Source: Longimicrobiales bacterium
GTDB lineage: Bacteria > Gemmatimonadota > Gemmatimonadetes > Longimicrobiales > Gaopeijiaceae
DNA: 64,000 nt
Direction of reading: 5' to 3'
Assembly: GCA_965218295.1 (NCBI GenBank)
Contig: CBDCKN010000014.1
Coordinates: forward strand, 96,001 to 160,000
Shown: positions 1 through 8,851 of the stretch, in pieces
How the letters are laid out: every line of letters starts with the position of its first letter
Numbering within the stretch: the first letter of the stretch is position 1
Translations under genes and position numbers: made by a program
Notes under the pieces: model-generated
Told to the model about the DNA's origin: nothing
What the model saw: the letters and a program-made list of their open reading frames with translations, nothing else
Databases searched by the model: none

Positions 1-1546
1 AGCCCGAGCCCACCAGCAGCATGAGGGCCAGACCGACCTGTGCCACCACGAGTCCGTTCCGGAGTAGGTGCCGCCCACGCCCATCGGTGGAGCCCTGCCC
101 TCCTCCGTCACGGAGCTGACCCGCCAGATCGGGCGCGCTGTAGCGCACCATGGGAAACAGGCCGAACAGGAGTGCCGCGGCGAAAGAGATCAAGACCGTA
201 AAGCCCAGAACCCGGAGATCCACACCCACCTCCGCAATCCGGGGGATGTCGGCGGGGGTGAGGCTCGTCGATACCCTTACCGCTATGGCCGCGAGCCCGA
301 CGCCGAGCACGCCTCCGGCCGCCGACAACAGAAGGCTCTCGCTCATGAAGGACCGCATCAGCTGGAGTCGGCCGGCCCCTACCGCTACCCTGAGCGCCAC
401 TTCTCGCTGCCTGACCTCGGCGCGAACCAGAAGGAGGTTGGCGACGTTGGCGCACGCGATGACCAGCACCAGGCCCACCGTGCCGAAGAGAATCCAAAGG
501 GTTCGGGTCATGTCGCCGACGATGGCGTCCTTGAGGGGCCGAACGACGGCCCTGAGGCTCACCTCGGCCAGGAAGGCCGGGGCGCGGTCTTCCGGAAACA
601 GCTCCGCGAGACGGCTGACGAGCCCCTCGAGCTCCGTATTGGCTCCCTGCACAGACGCCGCTTCGGAGAGCCTGGCGATCCCGCTTGCACCGAAAGCGGC
701 CAGCGGCGCCCGGGCCGGATCGACCATCAGGGGAATGTAGAGCCGCGCGTCGGAATCAGGATACGCGAAGCCGGCGGGCATGACGCCGACGACACGGCGG
801 TTCACACCACTCATGTCGACCGTGCGTCCGACGATGGCGGGATCGGCCCCGAAATGGCTCCGCCAGAGTGCGTGGCCCAAAACCACGACGGGCTCGGCAT
901 CACGCTCGCCATCCTCGGCGGTCAAAGCCCGTCCCACCACCGCGTCCACGCCAAGGACCGGGAAGAAGGACGGGGTCACCGACCGGCCCAATATCCGCTC
1001 CGGATCCCCATCTCCCATCAGGTTCACGACCGTGCCCCGGTGCATGGCGATGGATTCGAACGAGCCGGCCTGGTCCCCGTACAGAAGGTAGAGCCCAGCC
1101 GATATGGGAAGGCGGTCCTCGCCGCCGCGTCCTTCGTGCTGGACCGACACGAGCTCGCCAGAGTCGGGGTATGGCAGCGGCTTGAGAATCACCCCGTCCA
1201 CCAGCGTGAACACGGCGGTCGTGGCCCCGATTCCCAGCATGAGAGTCACCACGGCCACCACGGTGAATCCGGGGGAGCGCACCAGCGCCCGCAGCGCGAA
1301 CCGAAGGTCGTTGAACAGGCCCGTCATCCTCATCGTCTGCTTCCTCTCCCAAAGGGCGTCAATCAAGCAATTAAGGGTTCGTACTCGGAGCTTCAGGCGA
1401 GCCTGTGCCGACGCGCCGTCCCTCTCGATCAGTCGGTGCCACGCGTAGGCCACCTCGGCCTCCCACTCCCTCCGCCAGGCTCCCCTTCGCGAGGGGGGAA
1501 CCAGCCGGGAAGCCCAGCCGATGAGTCGAAGCCCCGGCGTTGTCAT
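1..1546 (-). CDS. ADOP-family (duplicated orphan) ABC transporter permease, 5' part; runs off the left edge
   Basis: Manual translation from ATG 1546 (overlaps the PadR stop, TGATG): MTTPGLRLIGWASRLVPP...DLRFALRALVRSPGFTVVAVVTLMLGIGATTAVFTLVDGVILKPLPYPDSGELV, the typical MacB/ADOP N-terminus. Absent from the ORF track because it has no stop in the window. Confidence 0.9.
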   Translation of the reverse strand, partial: MTTPGLRLIGWASRLVPPSRRGAWRREWEAEVAYAWHRLIERDGASAQARLKLRVRTLNCLIDALWERKQTMRMTGLFNDLRFALRALVRSPGFTVVAVVTLMLGIGATTAVFTLVDGVILKPLPYPDSGELVSVQHEGRGGEDRLPISAGLYLLYGDQAGSFESIAMHRGTVVNLMGDGDPERILGRSVTPSFFPVLGVDAVVGRALTAEDGERDAEPVVVLGHALWRSHFGADPAIVGRTVDMSGVNRRVVGVMPAGFAYPDSDARLYIPLMVDPARAPLAAFGASGIARLSEAASVQGANTELEGLVSRLAELFPEDRAPAFLAEVSLRAVVRPLKDAIVGDMTRTLWILFGTVGLVLVIACANVANLLLVRAEVRQREVALRVAVGAGRLQLMRSFMSESLLLSAAGGVLGVGLAAIAVRVSTSLTPADIPRIAEVGVDLRVLGFTVLISFAAALLFGLFPMVRYSAPDLAGQLRDGGGQGSTDGRGRHLLRNGLVVAQVGLALMLLVGSG

Positions 1547-1860
1547 CAGGCGGGTGCCGTCCCGGCATCGAAGAGGCGATGGAGCGTCGGAAAACGCTCC
1601 AGGACCTCCCCCATGGCCTCTTCACCGACGGGGGTGATTCGGTAGTAGCGGCGGGCGGGACGCTGCTCGGCTCGAGCGAGGGCCTCATCCTCCCACACGC
1701 CCTCCAGCACGCCTCGCCGCTCGAGACGACGCAGGAGGGGGTATACGGTCCCGTCGGGAAGGCCGGTGGCGTCCATGACGTCGAAGCCGTAGCGGTGACC
1801 GTGCCGGATGGCCAGAAGTACCGCCGCCGTAGGGTAGGTGAGGCTGAAGAGCCGTCCCAT
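1546..1860 (-). CDS. PadR family transcriptional regulator
   Basis: RYGFDVMDATGLPDGTVYPLLRRLERRG...RRYYRIT wHTH motif; translationally coupled to the ADOP permease, a known pairing. Confidence 0.9.
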   Translation of the reverse strand: MGRLFSLTYPTAAVLLAIRHGHRYGFDVMDATGLPDGTVYPLLRRLERRGVLEGVWEDEALARAEQRPARRYYRITPVGEEAMGEVLERFPTLHRLFDAGTAPA

Positions 1861-2069
1861 GATCGTGTCTTCCCGTCCTCGCGCTTCCCTCATCCATGGG
1901 CTCAGCCGCCAACAGGCGCACCGCTACCCGACTCTCTCTACTTCTCTCCCTACCACAGAATTCTAGCCCACCCTACCACACAATTCTAGGTAGGGTTCAC
2001 CGGGTGAGATGCCGGATGCCGGGAAAGGGTTGCCGGGGGGACATGCATGTGCGACTCAGGCGAGGCAGC

Positions 2070-2498
2070 TCACTTCTTTGCGAGGCTGGCATAGAGTCGC
2101 TTGACCACCTGGATCTGGCCGGCGTGGTAGGTGTCGTGCAGGACGATCCCCATGAGTAGATCGGCGTAGGTGTATTCGTTTTGTCCGCCCGACAGCTCGT
2201 CCAAGCGCGACGGGTCGAAATCTCGCATGGCCTCGATGAGCAGCGTGTGATACTCGCGCACGAGGGCCCGGTCCTCCTTCCAAGAGCTCACCGTGATCTC
2301 CTCGGGCGGAGCCGGCCAGTTGGAGGGTGAGCGGGGGAATCCGCCGTGTGCCCCTCCCGTGATCCTGCGCCGGATCGCGTAATTCCAGTAGGCGATATGT
2401 AAGGTCAGATCCCAGATGCTGTGCCGGTCGGGCGCCGGCTTCTCCGCGGCAGCCTCCTGCATGTCCGGTAGCACGTGCGAATACACGTCCATCGTCAT
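2070..2498 (-). pseudogene. DinB-family protein C-terminal part fused to a tyrosine-integrase C-terminal remnant
   Basis: PAPDRHSIWDLTLHIAYW...HDTYHAGQI is DinB-like; the preceding MTMDVYSHVLPDMQEAAAEK resembles the catalytic-Tyr tail of phage integrases. Confidence 0.65.
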
Positions 2499-2628
2499 AA
2501 CCCTACTCGAAGGCTGAATCCTACTACGCTCCTGGGAATTCTACGCCTGTGAGAATGGAGGCCATGAGTGCGGGGTGGTCATCGGAGAGGCGACGCCCAA
2601 GTCGGTCATCACCCAGACCGGATGCCCC

Positions 2629-2730
2629 TCACGATACTGGCTCGTCTTTCTCCATAAGGCCCAGCTGCTGCAACTCTACTAGTGCTTGATTCACGTCTTC
2701 TAGTACTCGATTCACGTCTTCGACAGTCAT
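2629..2730 (-). CDS. Small hypothetical ORF (33 aa) with internal heptad repeat
   Basis: AGGAGG RBS then MTVEDVNRVLEDVNQALVELQQLGLMEKDEPVS*; 21-bp tandem duplication at 2680-2721. Confidence 0.35.
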   Translation of the reverse strand: MTVEDVNRVLEDVNQALVELQQLGLMEKDEPVS

Positions 2731-2762
2731 GCCGATAGCCTCCTACCTCCCTCTTCCTTGAG

Positions 2763-2809
2763 TGTTAGCGGCGGCCCAAAATTGCACAGATGTGGCGGCC
2801 GAAAATTGC
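2763..2809. mobile_element. IS21-like terminal remnant truncated by IS256
   Basis: Starts TG and has two 16-bp direct repeats (GGCGGCCCAAAATTGC 2770-2785, GGCGGCCGAAAATTGC 2794-2809) at 24-bp spacing, as in IS21-family ends. Confidence 0.55.
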
Positions 2810-4186
2810 GAGCTAGGATCAAAGGGTGTGTAAAAAGAGAGGCGACGTACCTTTGCGCTGAGATTTAAACCAGCGAGCCCGGGTGACAGCCCGGGGAAAG
2901 GAACGTCGCCTCATGAGAGAGGATATCGCGGGACCCCAGGGTGCGTCCAGCAGGCCGATGTGGGAGACGCTCGAGGGGATGGTTAGGGAGAAGGCGCAGG
3001 AGTTCATCCAACAGATCATGGAGGAGGAAGTCACGGAGTTGTTAGGCCGGGAGAAGTCAGAGCGCAGGAGTACGGTGGACTCGGCCGAGGGCTACCGCAA
3101 CGGATATGGCAAGCCGAGGCGGTTGGCGATGAGCTCGGGCACGATCACACTCCGACGCCCTCGGGTTCGGGGCGTCGAGGAGCGGTTCGAGAGTCGGGTG
3201 CTGCCGTTGTTCGCGAGGCGGACGAAGGAGCTGGGCGCTCTGCTTCCGGAGCTGTATCTGCACGGACTGGCGGAGGGAGACTTCGAGCTGGCGATGCGGG
3301 GACTGCTAGGCGAGGGGGCACCGCTGTCGAAGTCTTCGATTCGGAGACTGCGGGCGGGATGGACGGCGGAGTTCGAGGAATGGAGCCAGCGTCGCCTGGA
3401 GGGCCGTGAGGTCGTCTACGTATGGGCGGACGGGATCTACGTGAAGGCAGGGCTCGAGCGGGACAAGGCGGCGCTACTGGTGGTGCTGGGCGCGATGCGA
3501 GACGGGACGAAGGAGGTGTTGGCCCTGAGATCGGGCTACCGAGAGTCGGTCGAGTCCTGGTCGGAGGTGTTGCGGGACCTGAAGGCACGCGGCATCGAGG
3601 CGCCCCGGCTTTTGATGGCGGACGGTAACGCTGCGATCTGGGGCGCAGTACGGCAGGTATGGCCTGAGGCGGGCGAGCAACGGTGCTGGAACCACAAGAT
3701 GAGGAACGTGCTGGACCGACTACCTCAGCGGGAGCAGGGCGAGGCGAAGGATCTTCTCCGGGCCGTGGTCTACGCACCGAGCCGGGCCGAGGCCCTGAAG
3801 GCCCGCGAGGTGTTCGCCCGACGCTATAGGCCGTGGTATCCGAAAGCAGTGGACGTACTCGAGGACGACTGGGAGCGGATGGTAGCGTTCTACGACTTCC
3901 CCGAGGACCACTGGAAGCATCTACGCACGACGAACGTGGTCGAGAGCCCGTTCGCCGCGGTACGGCTCAGGACGACGGCGGCGAAGCGGTTCAAGCGGGT
4001 CGAGAGCGCTACGGCGCTAATCTGGAAGTTGCTCTTGGTGGCTGAGAAGCGGTTTCGAAGGCTCGACGCTCCTCACCTCCTCAAGGACGTATTTGAAGGA
4101 AGAAAGTTCGAAGACGGAAAGCCCGTCTCACACCAACAGCGGAAGAATGCCGCCTGATACGTTTACACACCTATTGACCCAACCTC
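2810..4186 (+). mobile_element. IS256-family insertion sequence, complete
   Basis: Imperfect terminal IRs GAGCTAGGATCAAAGGGTGTGTAAA (2810) and reverse complement GAGGTTGGGTCAATAGGTGTGTAAA (ending 4186), 20/25 identical; no target duplication visible. Confidence 0.9.
2913..4157 (+). CDS. IS256-family (Mutator-type) DDE transposase
   Basis: GYRNGY, YVWADGIY, LLMADG, QRCWNHK and LRTTNVVES motifs; start uncertain (2883/2913/2958). Confidence 0.95.
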   Translation: MREDIAGPQGASSRPMWETLEGMVREKAQEFIQQIMEEEVTELLGREKSERRSTVDSAEGYRNGYGKPRRLAMSSGTITLRRPRVRGVEERFESRVLPLFARRTKELGALLPELYLHGLAEGDFELAMRGLLGEGAPLSKSSIRRLRAGWTAEFEEWSQRRLEGREVVYVWADGIYVKAGLERDKAALLVVLGAMRDGTKEVLALRSGYRESVESWSEVLRDLKARGIEAPRLLMADGNAAIWGAVRQVWPEAGEQRCWNHKMRNVLDRLPQREQGEAKDLLRAVVYAPSRAEALKAREVFARRYRPWYPKAVDVLEDDWERMVAFYDFPEDHWKHLRTTNVVESPFAAVRLRTTAAKRFKRVESATALIWKLLLVAEKRFRRLDAPHLLKDVFEGRKFEDGKPVSHQQRKNAA

Positions 4187-5134
4187 AGAAGATCCTTCGC
4201 CTCGCTCTGCTCCCGCTGAGGCAGCCGGTCCAGCACGTTCCTCATCTTGTGGTTCCAGCACCGTTGCTCGCCCGCCTCAGGCCATACCTGCCGTACTGCG
4301 CCCCAGATCGCAGCGTTACCGTCCGCCATCAAAAGCCGGGGCGCCTCGATGCCGCGTGCCTTCAGATCCCGCAACACCTCCGACCAGGACTCGACCGACT
4401 CTCGGTAGCCCGATCTCAGGGCCAACACCTCCTTCGTCCCGTCTCGCATCGCGCCCAGCACCACCAGTAGCGCCGCCTTGTCCCGCTCGAGCCCTGCCTT
4501 CACGTAGATCCCGTCCGCCCATACGTAGACGACCTCACGGCCCTCCAGGCGACGCTGGCTCCATTCCTCGAACTCCGCCGTCCATCCCGCCCGCAGTCTC
4601 CGAATCGAAGACTTCGACAGCGGTGCCCCCTCGCCTAGCAGTCCCCGCATCGCCAGCTCGAAGTCTCCCTCTGCCAGTCCGTGCAGATACAGCTCCGGAA
4701 GCAGAGCGCCCAGCTCCTTCGTCCGCCTCGCGAACAACGGCAGCACCCGACTCTCGAACCGCTCCTCGACGCCCCGAACCCGAGGGCGTCGGAGTGTGAT
4801 CGTGCCCGAGCTCATCGCCAACCGCCTCAGCTTGCCATATCCGTTGCGGTAGCCCTCGGCCGAGTCCACCGTACTCCTGCGCTCTGACTTCTCCCGGCCT
4901 AACAACTCCGTGACTTCCTCCTCCATGATCTGTTGGATGAACTCCTGCGCCTTCTCCCTAACCATCCCCTCGAGCGTCTCCCACATCGGCCTGCTGGACA
5001 CACCCTGGGGTCCCGCGATATCCTCTCTCATGAGGCGACGTTCCTTTCCCCGGGCTGTCACCCGGGCTCGCTGGTTTAAATCTCAGCGCAAAGGTACGTC
5101 GCCTCTCTTTTTACACACCCTTTGATCCTAGCTC
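4187..5134 (-). mobile_element. Truncated inverted second copy of the same IS256 (5' 948 bp only)
   Basis: Reverse complement of 2810-3757 with at least 7 substitutions; breaks at codon AKDLL exactly at the right IR of copy 1. Confidence 0.92.
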
Positions 5135-5312
5135 ACGTTGTCAGTTGCCGGTGCTGTTTTGGAGTGAGACCGTGATGAGCTTACTACTGAATTGTCCACA
5201 GGGCTTCCTGGTGCCGGTGCCGCCGGGCCTGCCTGGTCGTTGCGGGCATTTATGACATCCGGTATCGTTCGCCGATGCATTGCTCTTAATCGTCTTGCGG
5301 GAGAGTGGATAG

Positions 5313-6677
5313 ATGGAAGAACTCCGCGTTCTCTCCGTGTGCGGAAACCTGGGCTACGGGTTCCCGGTGGAGTCCCTCGCCGCCGGCATTGCCCGCGATC
5401 CCCACTACATGGGCGCGGACAACGGCTCGACCGACGGGGGGCCCTACTATTTAGGAAGCGGAGACCAACTTACCAAGCGGGGGCAGATCGTCCGCGACCT
5501 TGGGCTGTCCCTCGCCGCTGCGCGGAAAAAAAAGATCCCGTACATCATCGGCTCGGCTGGCACGGGGGGCGGGAATCCGCACGTGGACAGCGTGTTGGAT
5601 GTCCTCCACGAAGCCTCGAAAAAAGAAGGCCATCGCTTCAAGCTCGCTGTCATCCGCGCGGAGATGGACAAGGAGTTCGTAAAAAAAGCCGTGAGAGAGG
5701 GCCGGGTACGCCCTCTGGGCAGGCTGGGAGATCTCACAGAGGGGGCAGTGGATGAGAGTGTAAGGATCGTGGGGCAAATGGGTCTCGACCCCTTCATCCG
5801 AGCTCTGGAAGGCGGGGCGGACGTGATCGTCGCGGGGCGGTCCTGCGACACGGCGATCTACACTTCTTACGCTGCCATGAAGGGCTACGATCTGGGACTC
5901 GCCTTCCACATGGCGAAGATCATCGAGTGCGGCGCTCAATGCGCCATCCCCATTGGCGCGAACGATTGCATCCTGGGTACGTTGAAGGAAGACTGCTTCG
6001 AGCTCGAGCCCATGAATCGGAACATGCGCCTTACCCCAAACTCTGTCGCCGCCCACATGATGTACGAGCAGCCCGACCCCTATCTGTTCTACGAGCCGGA
6101 GGGGACGATCGACCTTCAGGGCACCGAGTTCGAGCAGATGGACGAGCGCCGCGTCCGGGTGCGGGGGACCCGCTTTTTTGAAGCAGAGAAGCCCACCATC
6201 AAGCTCGAAGGAGCCCGACTGCGCGGCTACCGGACGATTGCGGTGGCCGGAATGACCGATCCCATTCTGCTGAGCAAACTGAATGACGTCGAGGATAAAG
6301 TGAGGGAAAAGGTCGCGGAGATGGTGCAGACGAGCCTCGCACCGGAGGACTATGACCTCCGGTTCATCTTCTACGGACGCGACGGCGTGATGGGACGCCT
6401 CGGCCGTCAGGAGCCGGGGCCCGCCCACGAGGTGGGCGTCGTGATGGAAGTGATCGCACCGGACCAGCCGACGGCAGACGCCGTGCTCGCTCTGACGAGA
6501 AGCACGTTTTTGCACTGCGGCTTCGAGGGCAGAAAGGCCACGGCGGGCAATCTCGCTTTTCCCTTCTCGCCTTCTGATTTCCAGGGCGGGCCCGTCTACG
6601 AGTTCCACATCTACCATCTCATGGAGCTCGAGGACGCGGGTGCCCCCTTCGAGGTCGAGATTTCTCAGGTGGGCTGA
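5313..6677 (+). CDS. Acyclic terpene utilization AtuA-family / DUF1446 protein
   Basis: GNLGYGF, GADNGSTDGGPYYLG, IVGQMG, GADVIVAGRSCD, AKIIECGA and KATAGNLAFPFSP motifs. Confidence 0.85.
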   Translation: MEELRVLSVCGNLGYGFPVESLAAGIARDPHYMGADNGSTDGGPYYLGSGDQLTKRGQIVRDLGLSLAAARKKKIPYIIGSAGTGGGNPHVDSVLDVLHEASKKEGHRFKLAVIRAEMDKEFVKKAVREGRVRPLGRLGDLTEGAVDESVRIVGQMGLDPFIRALEGGADVIVAGRSCDTAIYTSYAAMKGYDLGLAFHMAKIIECGAQCAIPIGANDCILGTLKEDCFELEPMNRNMRLTPNSVAAHMMYEQPDPYLFYEPEGTIDLQGTEFEQMDERRVRVRGTRFFEAEKPTIKLEGARLRGYRTIAVAGMTDPILLSKLNDVEDKVREKVAEMVQTSLAPEDYDLRFIFYGRDGVMGRLGRQEPGPAHEVGVVMEVIAPDQPTADAVLALTRSTFLHCGFEGRKATAGNLAFPFSPSDFQGGPVYEFHIYHLMELEDAGAPFEVEISQVG

Positions 6678-6686
6678 GAGGTCGAG

Positions 6687-6998
6687 TTGGACCGGTTGTA
6701 CGATCTCGCCGAGGTTTTCCGAAGCAAGAACGCGGGTCCGCTCTTAATCACTGTAGATCTGCTTTTCGCTGATGAGGCGACATACACACGGGTTGCGGAC
6801 AGCGAAGTCCTCACGCCGGGAACCGTTGCCGAGCTGTACGAACTGGAGCCGGAGGACGTAAAGATCGTCCATTTCGACGCTGCCAACGCCATCAAGATCA
6901 CCATGCCAAGAAAGGGGCCCACCTCGGGCGCTCCCGGAGATCGGGACGTGTATGGGGCGCAGCAGCATGGGCCATTGCTCGGAATCATGATCCCCTAG
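6687..6998 (+). CDS. DUF4387-domain protein
   Basis: RSKNAGPLLITVDL...AIKITMPR...GDRDVYGAQQHGPL signature; usual partner of the upstream gene. Confidence 0.85.
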   Translation: MDRLYDLAEVFRSKNAGPLLITVDLLFADEATYTRVADSEVLTPGTVAELYELEPEDVKIVHFDAANAIKITMPRKGPTSGAPGDRDVYGAQQHGPLLGIMIP

Positions 6999-7028
6999 CT
7001 CTCTTACGGGCCCCGGACCGATGCGAAG

Positions 7029-8456
7029 ATGGATGTCCGACGCGTCATAGATCAGATCGAGAGCGGCTTCGAGCCTGCCCACGTCGAGCGCCTCTTGAAG
7101 TACATCCGGCAGCCGAGCGTCTCGGCGTTGAACTGGGGCAATCAAGAGATGGCCGAAATGCTGGCGGAGGAAATTCGCCAGGCGGGCGGCGAGGCCGAAG
7201 TGGTTGAAACGGCGGAGTTTCCGGTGGTCTTCGGGCTGATCGACGAGGGGGCGCCCAGGACCCTCCTCTGCCACGGGCTTTACGACGTGACGCCGGCCGA
7301 AGAGCCGAACTGGCTGAATCCCCCGTTCGAGCCCCAAATCCAAGACCTGCCGGGCCTGGGTCGCTGCGTGGTGGGCCGCGGCGCGGAGGACATGAAAACG
7401 GGCATCGCCTGTGTCATGAACACGGTCTTCGCCGCTCGTGAGGTGGGAGAGAAGCTTCCCTTGAACCTCATGTTCGTCCATGAAGCCTCCGAGCTCGGAA
7501 GCGGCGGGATGAAGGACTTTTTCCCGCGCTACAAGGGGAAGATGAAACGCGTGAACGCCGTCTACTGGCTCTGTCCCATGGCCCAGACAGACGGCACGCC
7601 CATCGTGCCCCTGGCTCTCAAGGGCAACCTTATGGGCCGGCTGTTCTGCCGTCCGGGTGAGTGGGGCGGGCCGATCGGGAATGAGATGCACGCCCTGCAT
7701 TCGAACTGGATCGGAAACCCGGCCGACCGCCTGGTGACGGCCGTTGCCTATCTGGAAAAGAGGCTCGAAGAAATCTACGAAAAAGGAGAGGGCTGGGTGC
7801 CCAGCGCATCCCAGGAGGCACTCTGCCGGGCGCTCTCGGCGCGCATTGACCCGAAGCGGATGAAACAGAGCTTGGGAGTCAACCGATTCAAGCAGGATGA
7901 CTTTCACGCTGCCGTGAGGGAGCACCTGTTCCGGCCCGAGTTCACCGTGATAGGCCTCCAGTCCGGCTTCATTGGGGAGGGCAAGTCTGTCAAGGTGAGC
8001 ATCCCTTCGGAAGCCCAGGCGGTGGTGAACATGCGCTTTCAGCCTGGCGAGGACCCAGACGAGCGGATCGAAAACGTCCGCAGGATCCTCGCCGACGGCG
8101 GTTTCGGGGACATCGAGTTCGTTGTGAACAACCACTACGCGGGTGGCGGCACCCCGCCCGATCATCCCCTGATCGGGTGCTTCCTGAAGGCCCACAGGGA
8201 CATGGGCGCAGACCCGGAGGTCTGGCCCGTCCACCCGGTGGGGATGCCGGTGGCGCTCTGGACGGAGGAGCTGGGCATTCCCTGGATCGGCGGCCTGCCC
8301 TGCAATGCCATGCGCAAGCACGCGGCAAACGAGTACGCCCAGCTTGCGGGAATCCTGCAATCCGAAGTATTCCTGGCGCACTTCTTCGAGGGCTTTGCGA
8401 ACACGGCCGTCGACGAGGACGGCAACGAAACGGCCCGCATCCGCTTGCCGGAGTAG
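7029..8456 (+). CDS. M20/ArgE-DapE-like metallopeptidase or deacylase
   Basis: QPSVSA, YDVTPA, GRGAEDMK, MRFQPGEDP, KHAANEY; the last ~15 aa appear to derive from a different gene (see findings). Confidence 0.8.
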   Translation: MDVRRVIDQIESGFEPAHVERLLKYIRQPSVSALNWGNQEMAEMLAEEIRQAGGEAEVVETAEFPVVFGLIDEGAPRTLLCHGLYDVTPAEEPNWLNPPFEPQIQDLPGLGRCVVGRGAEDMKTGIACVMNTVFAAREVGEKLPLNLMFVHEASELGSGGMKDFFPRYKGKMKRVNAVYWLCPMAQTDGTPIVPLALKGNLMGRLFCRPGEWGGPIGNEMHALHSNWIGNPADRLVTAVAYLEKRLEEIYEKGEGWVPSASQEALCRALSARIDPKRMKQSLGVNRFKQDDFHAAVREHLFRPEFTVIGLQSGFIGEGKSVKVSIPSEAQAVVNMRFQPGEDPDERIENVRRILADGGFGDIEFVVNNHYAGGGTPPDHPLIGCFLKAHRDMGADPEVWPVHPVGMPVALWTEELGIPWIGGLPCNAMRKHAANEYAQLAGILQSEVFLAHFFEGFANTAVDEDGNETARIRLPE

Positions 8457-8779
8457 TCGGTGCCGCTCGCGACCTACACCGGCTGGAGCCTGTTCAACGC
8501 CGAGTTCGGCCTGACACAGCGATCTCGAGCATGGAGGGGTCCTACATCCCGCTCCGCTCACGCGAGTGACCCGGGAGTCGAGCAGCGACCTGCGCCGGTC
8601 GATCGAGGAGTGCTACGAGAGCCGCGCGCAGTATCTCGGGCTGGTCTCCAGCGCCGCCCTTGAGCAGATTGCGTAAGGCTACCTGCTGGCCGAGGACATG
8701 GCGCGGATGGTCGAACAGGCCGGACGGCACTGGGATTATCTGGTCGAGCAGAAGCCGATCTCGTCTGCGTCCCGGTAGC
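8405..8779 (+). pseudogene. C-terminal remnant of an alpha/beta-hydrolase-domain protein
   Basis: Across frames: VDEDGNETARIRLPE*SVPLATYTGWSL.../EGSYIPL.../RRSIEECYESRAQYL...*GYLLAEDM; in-frame stops and frameshifts. Confidence 0.65.
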
Positions 8780-8851
8780 GAGACGGCGTTGCGGAACGAA
8801 GGTAGAGGCAACCGTGAACACATGGCTTTAGTCATGCGAAAGGGGCAAGAA

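Noticed and set aside
68..1645. 525-aa plus-strand ORF
   Set aside because: Antisense shadow of the ADOP permease and PadR; no recognisable motifs.
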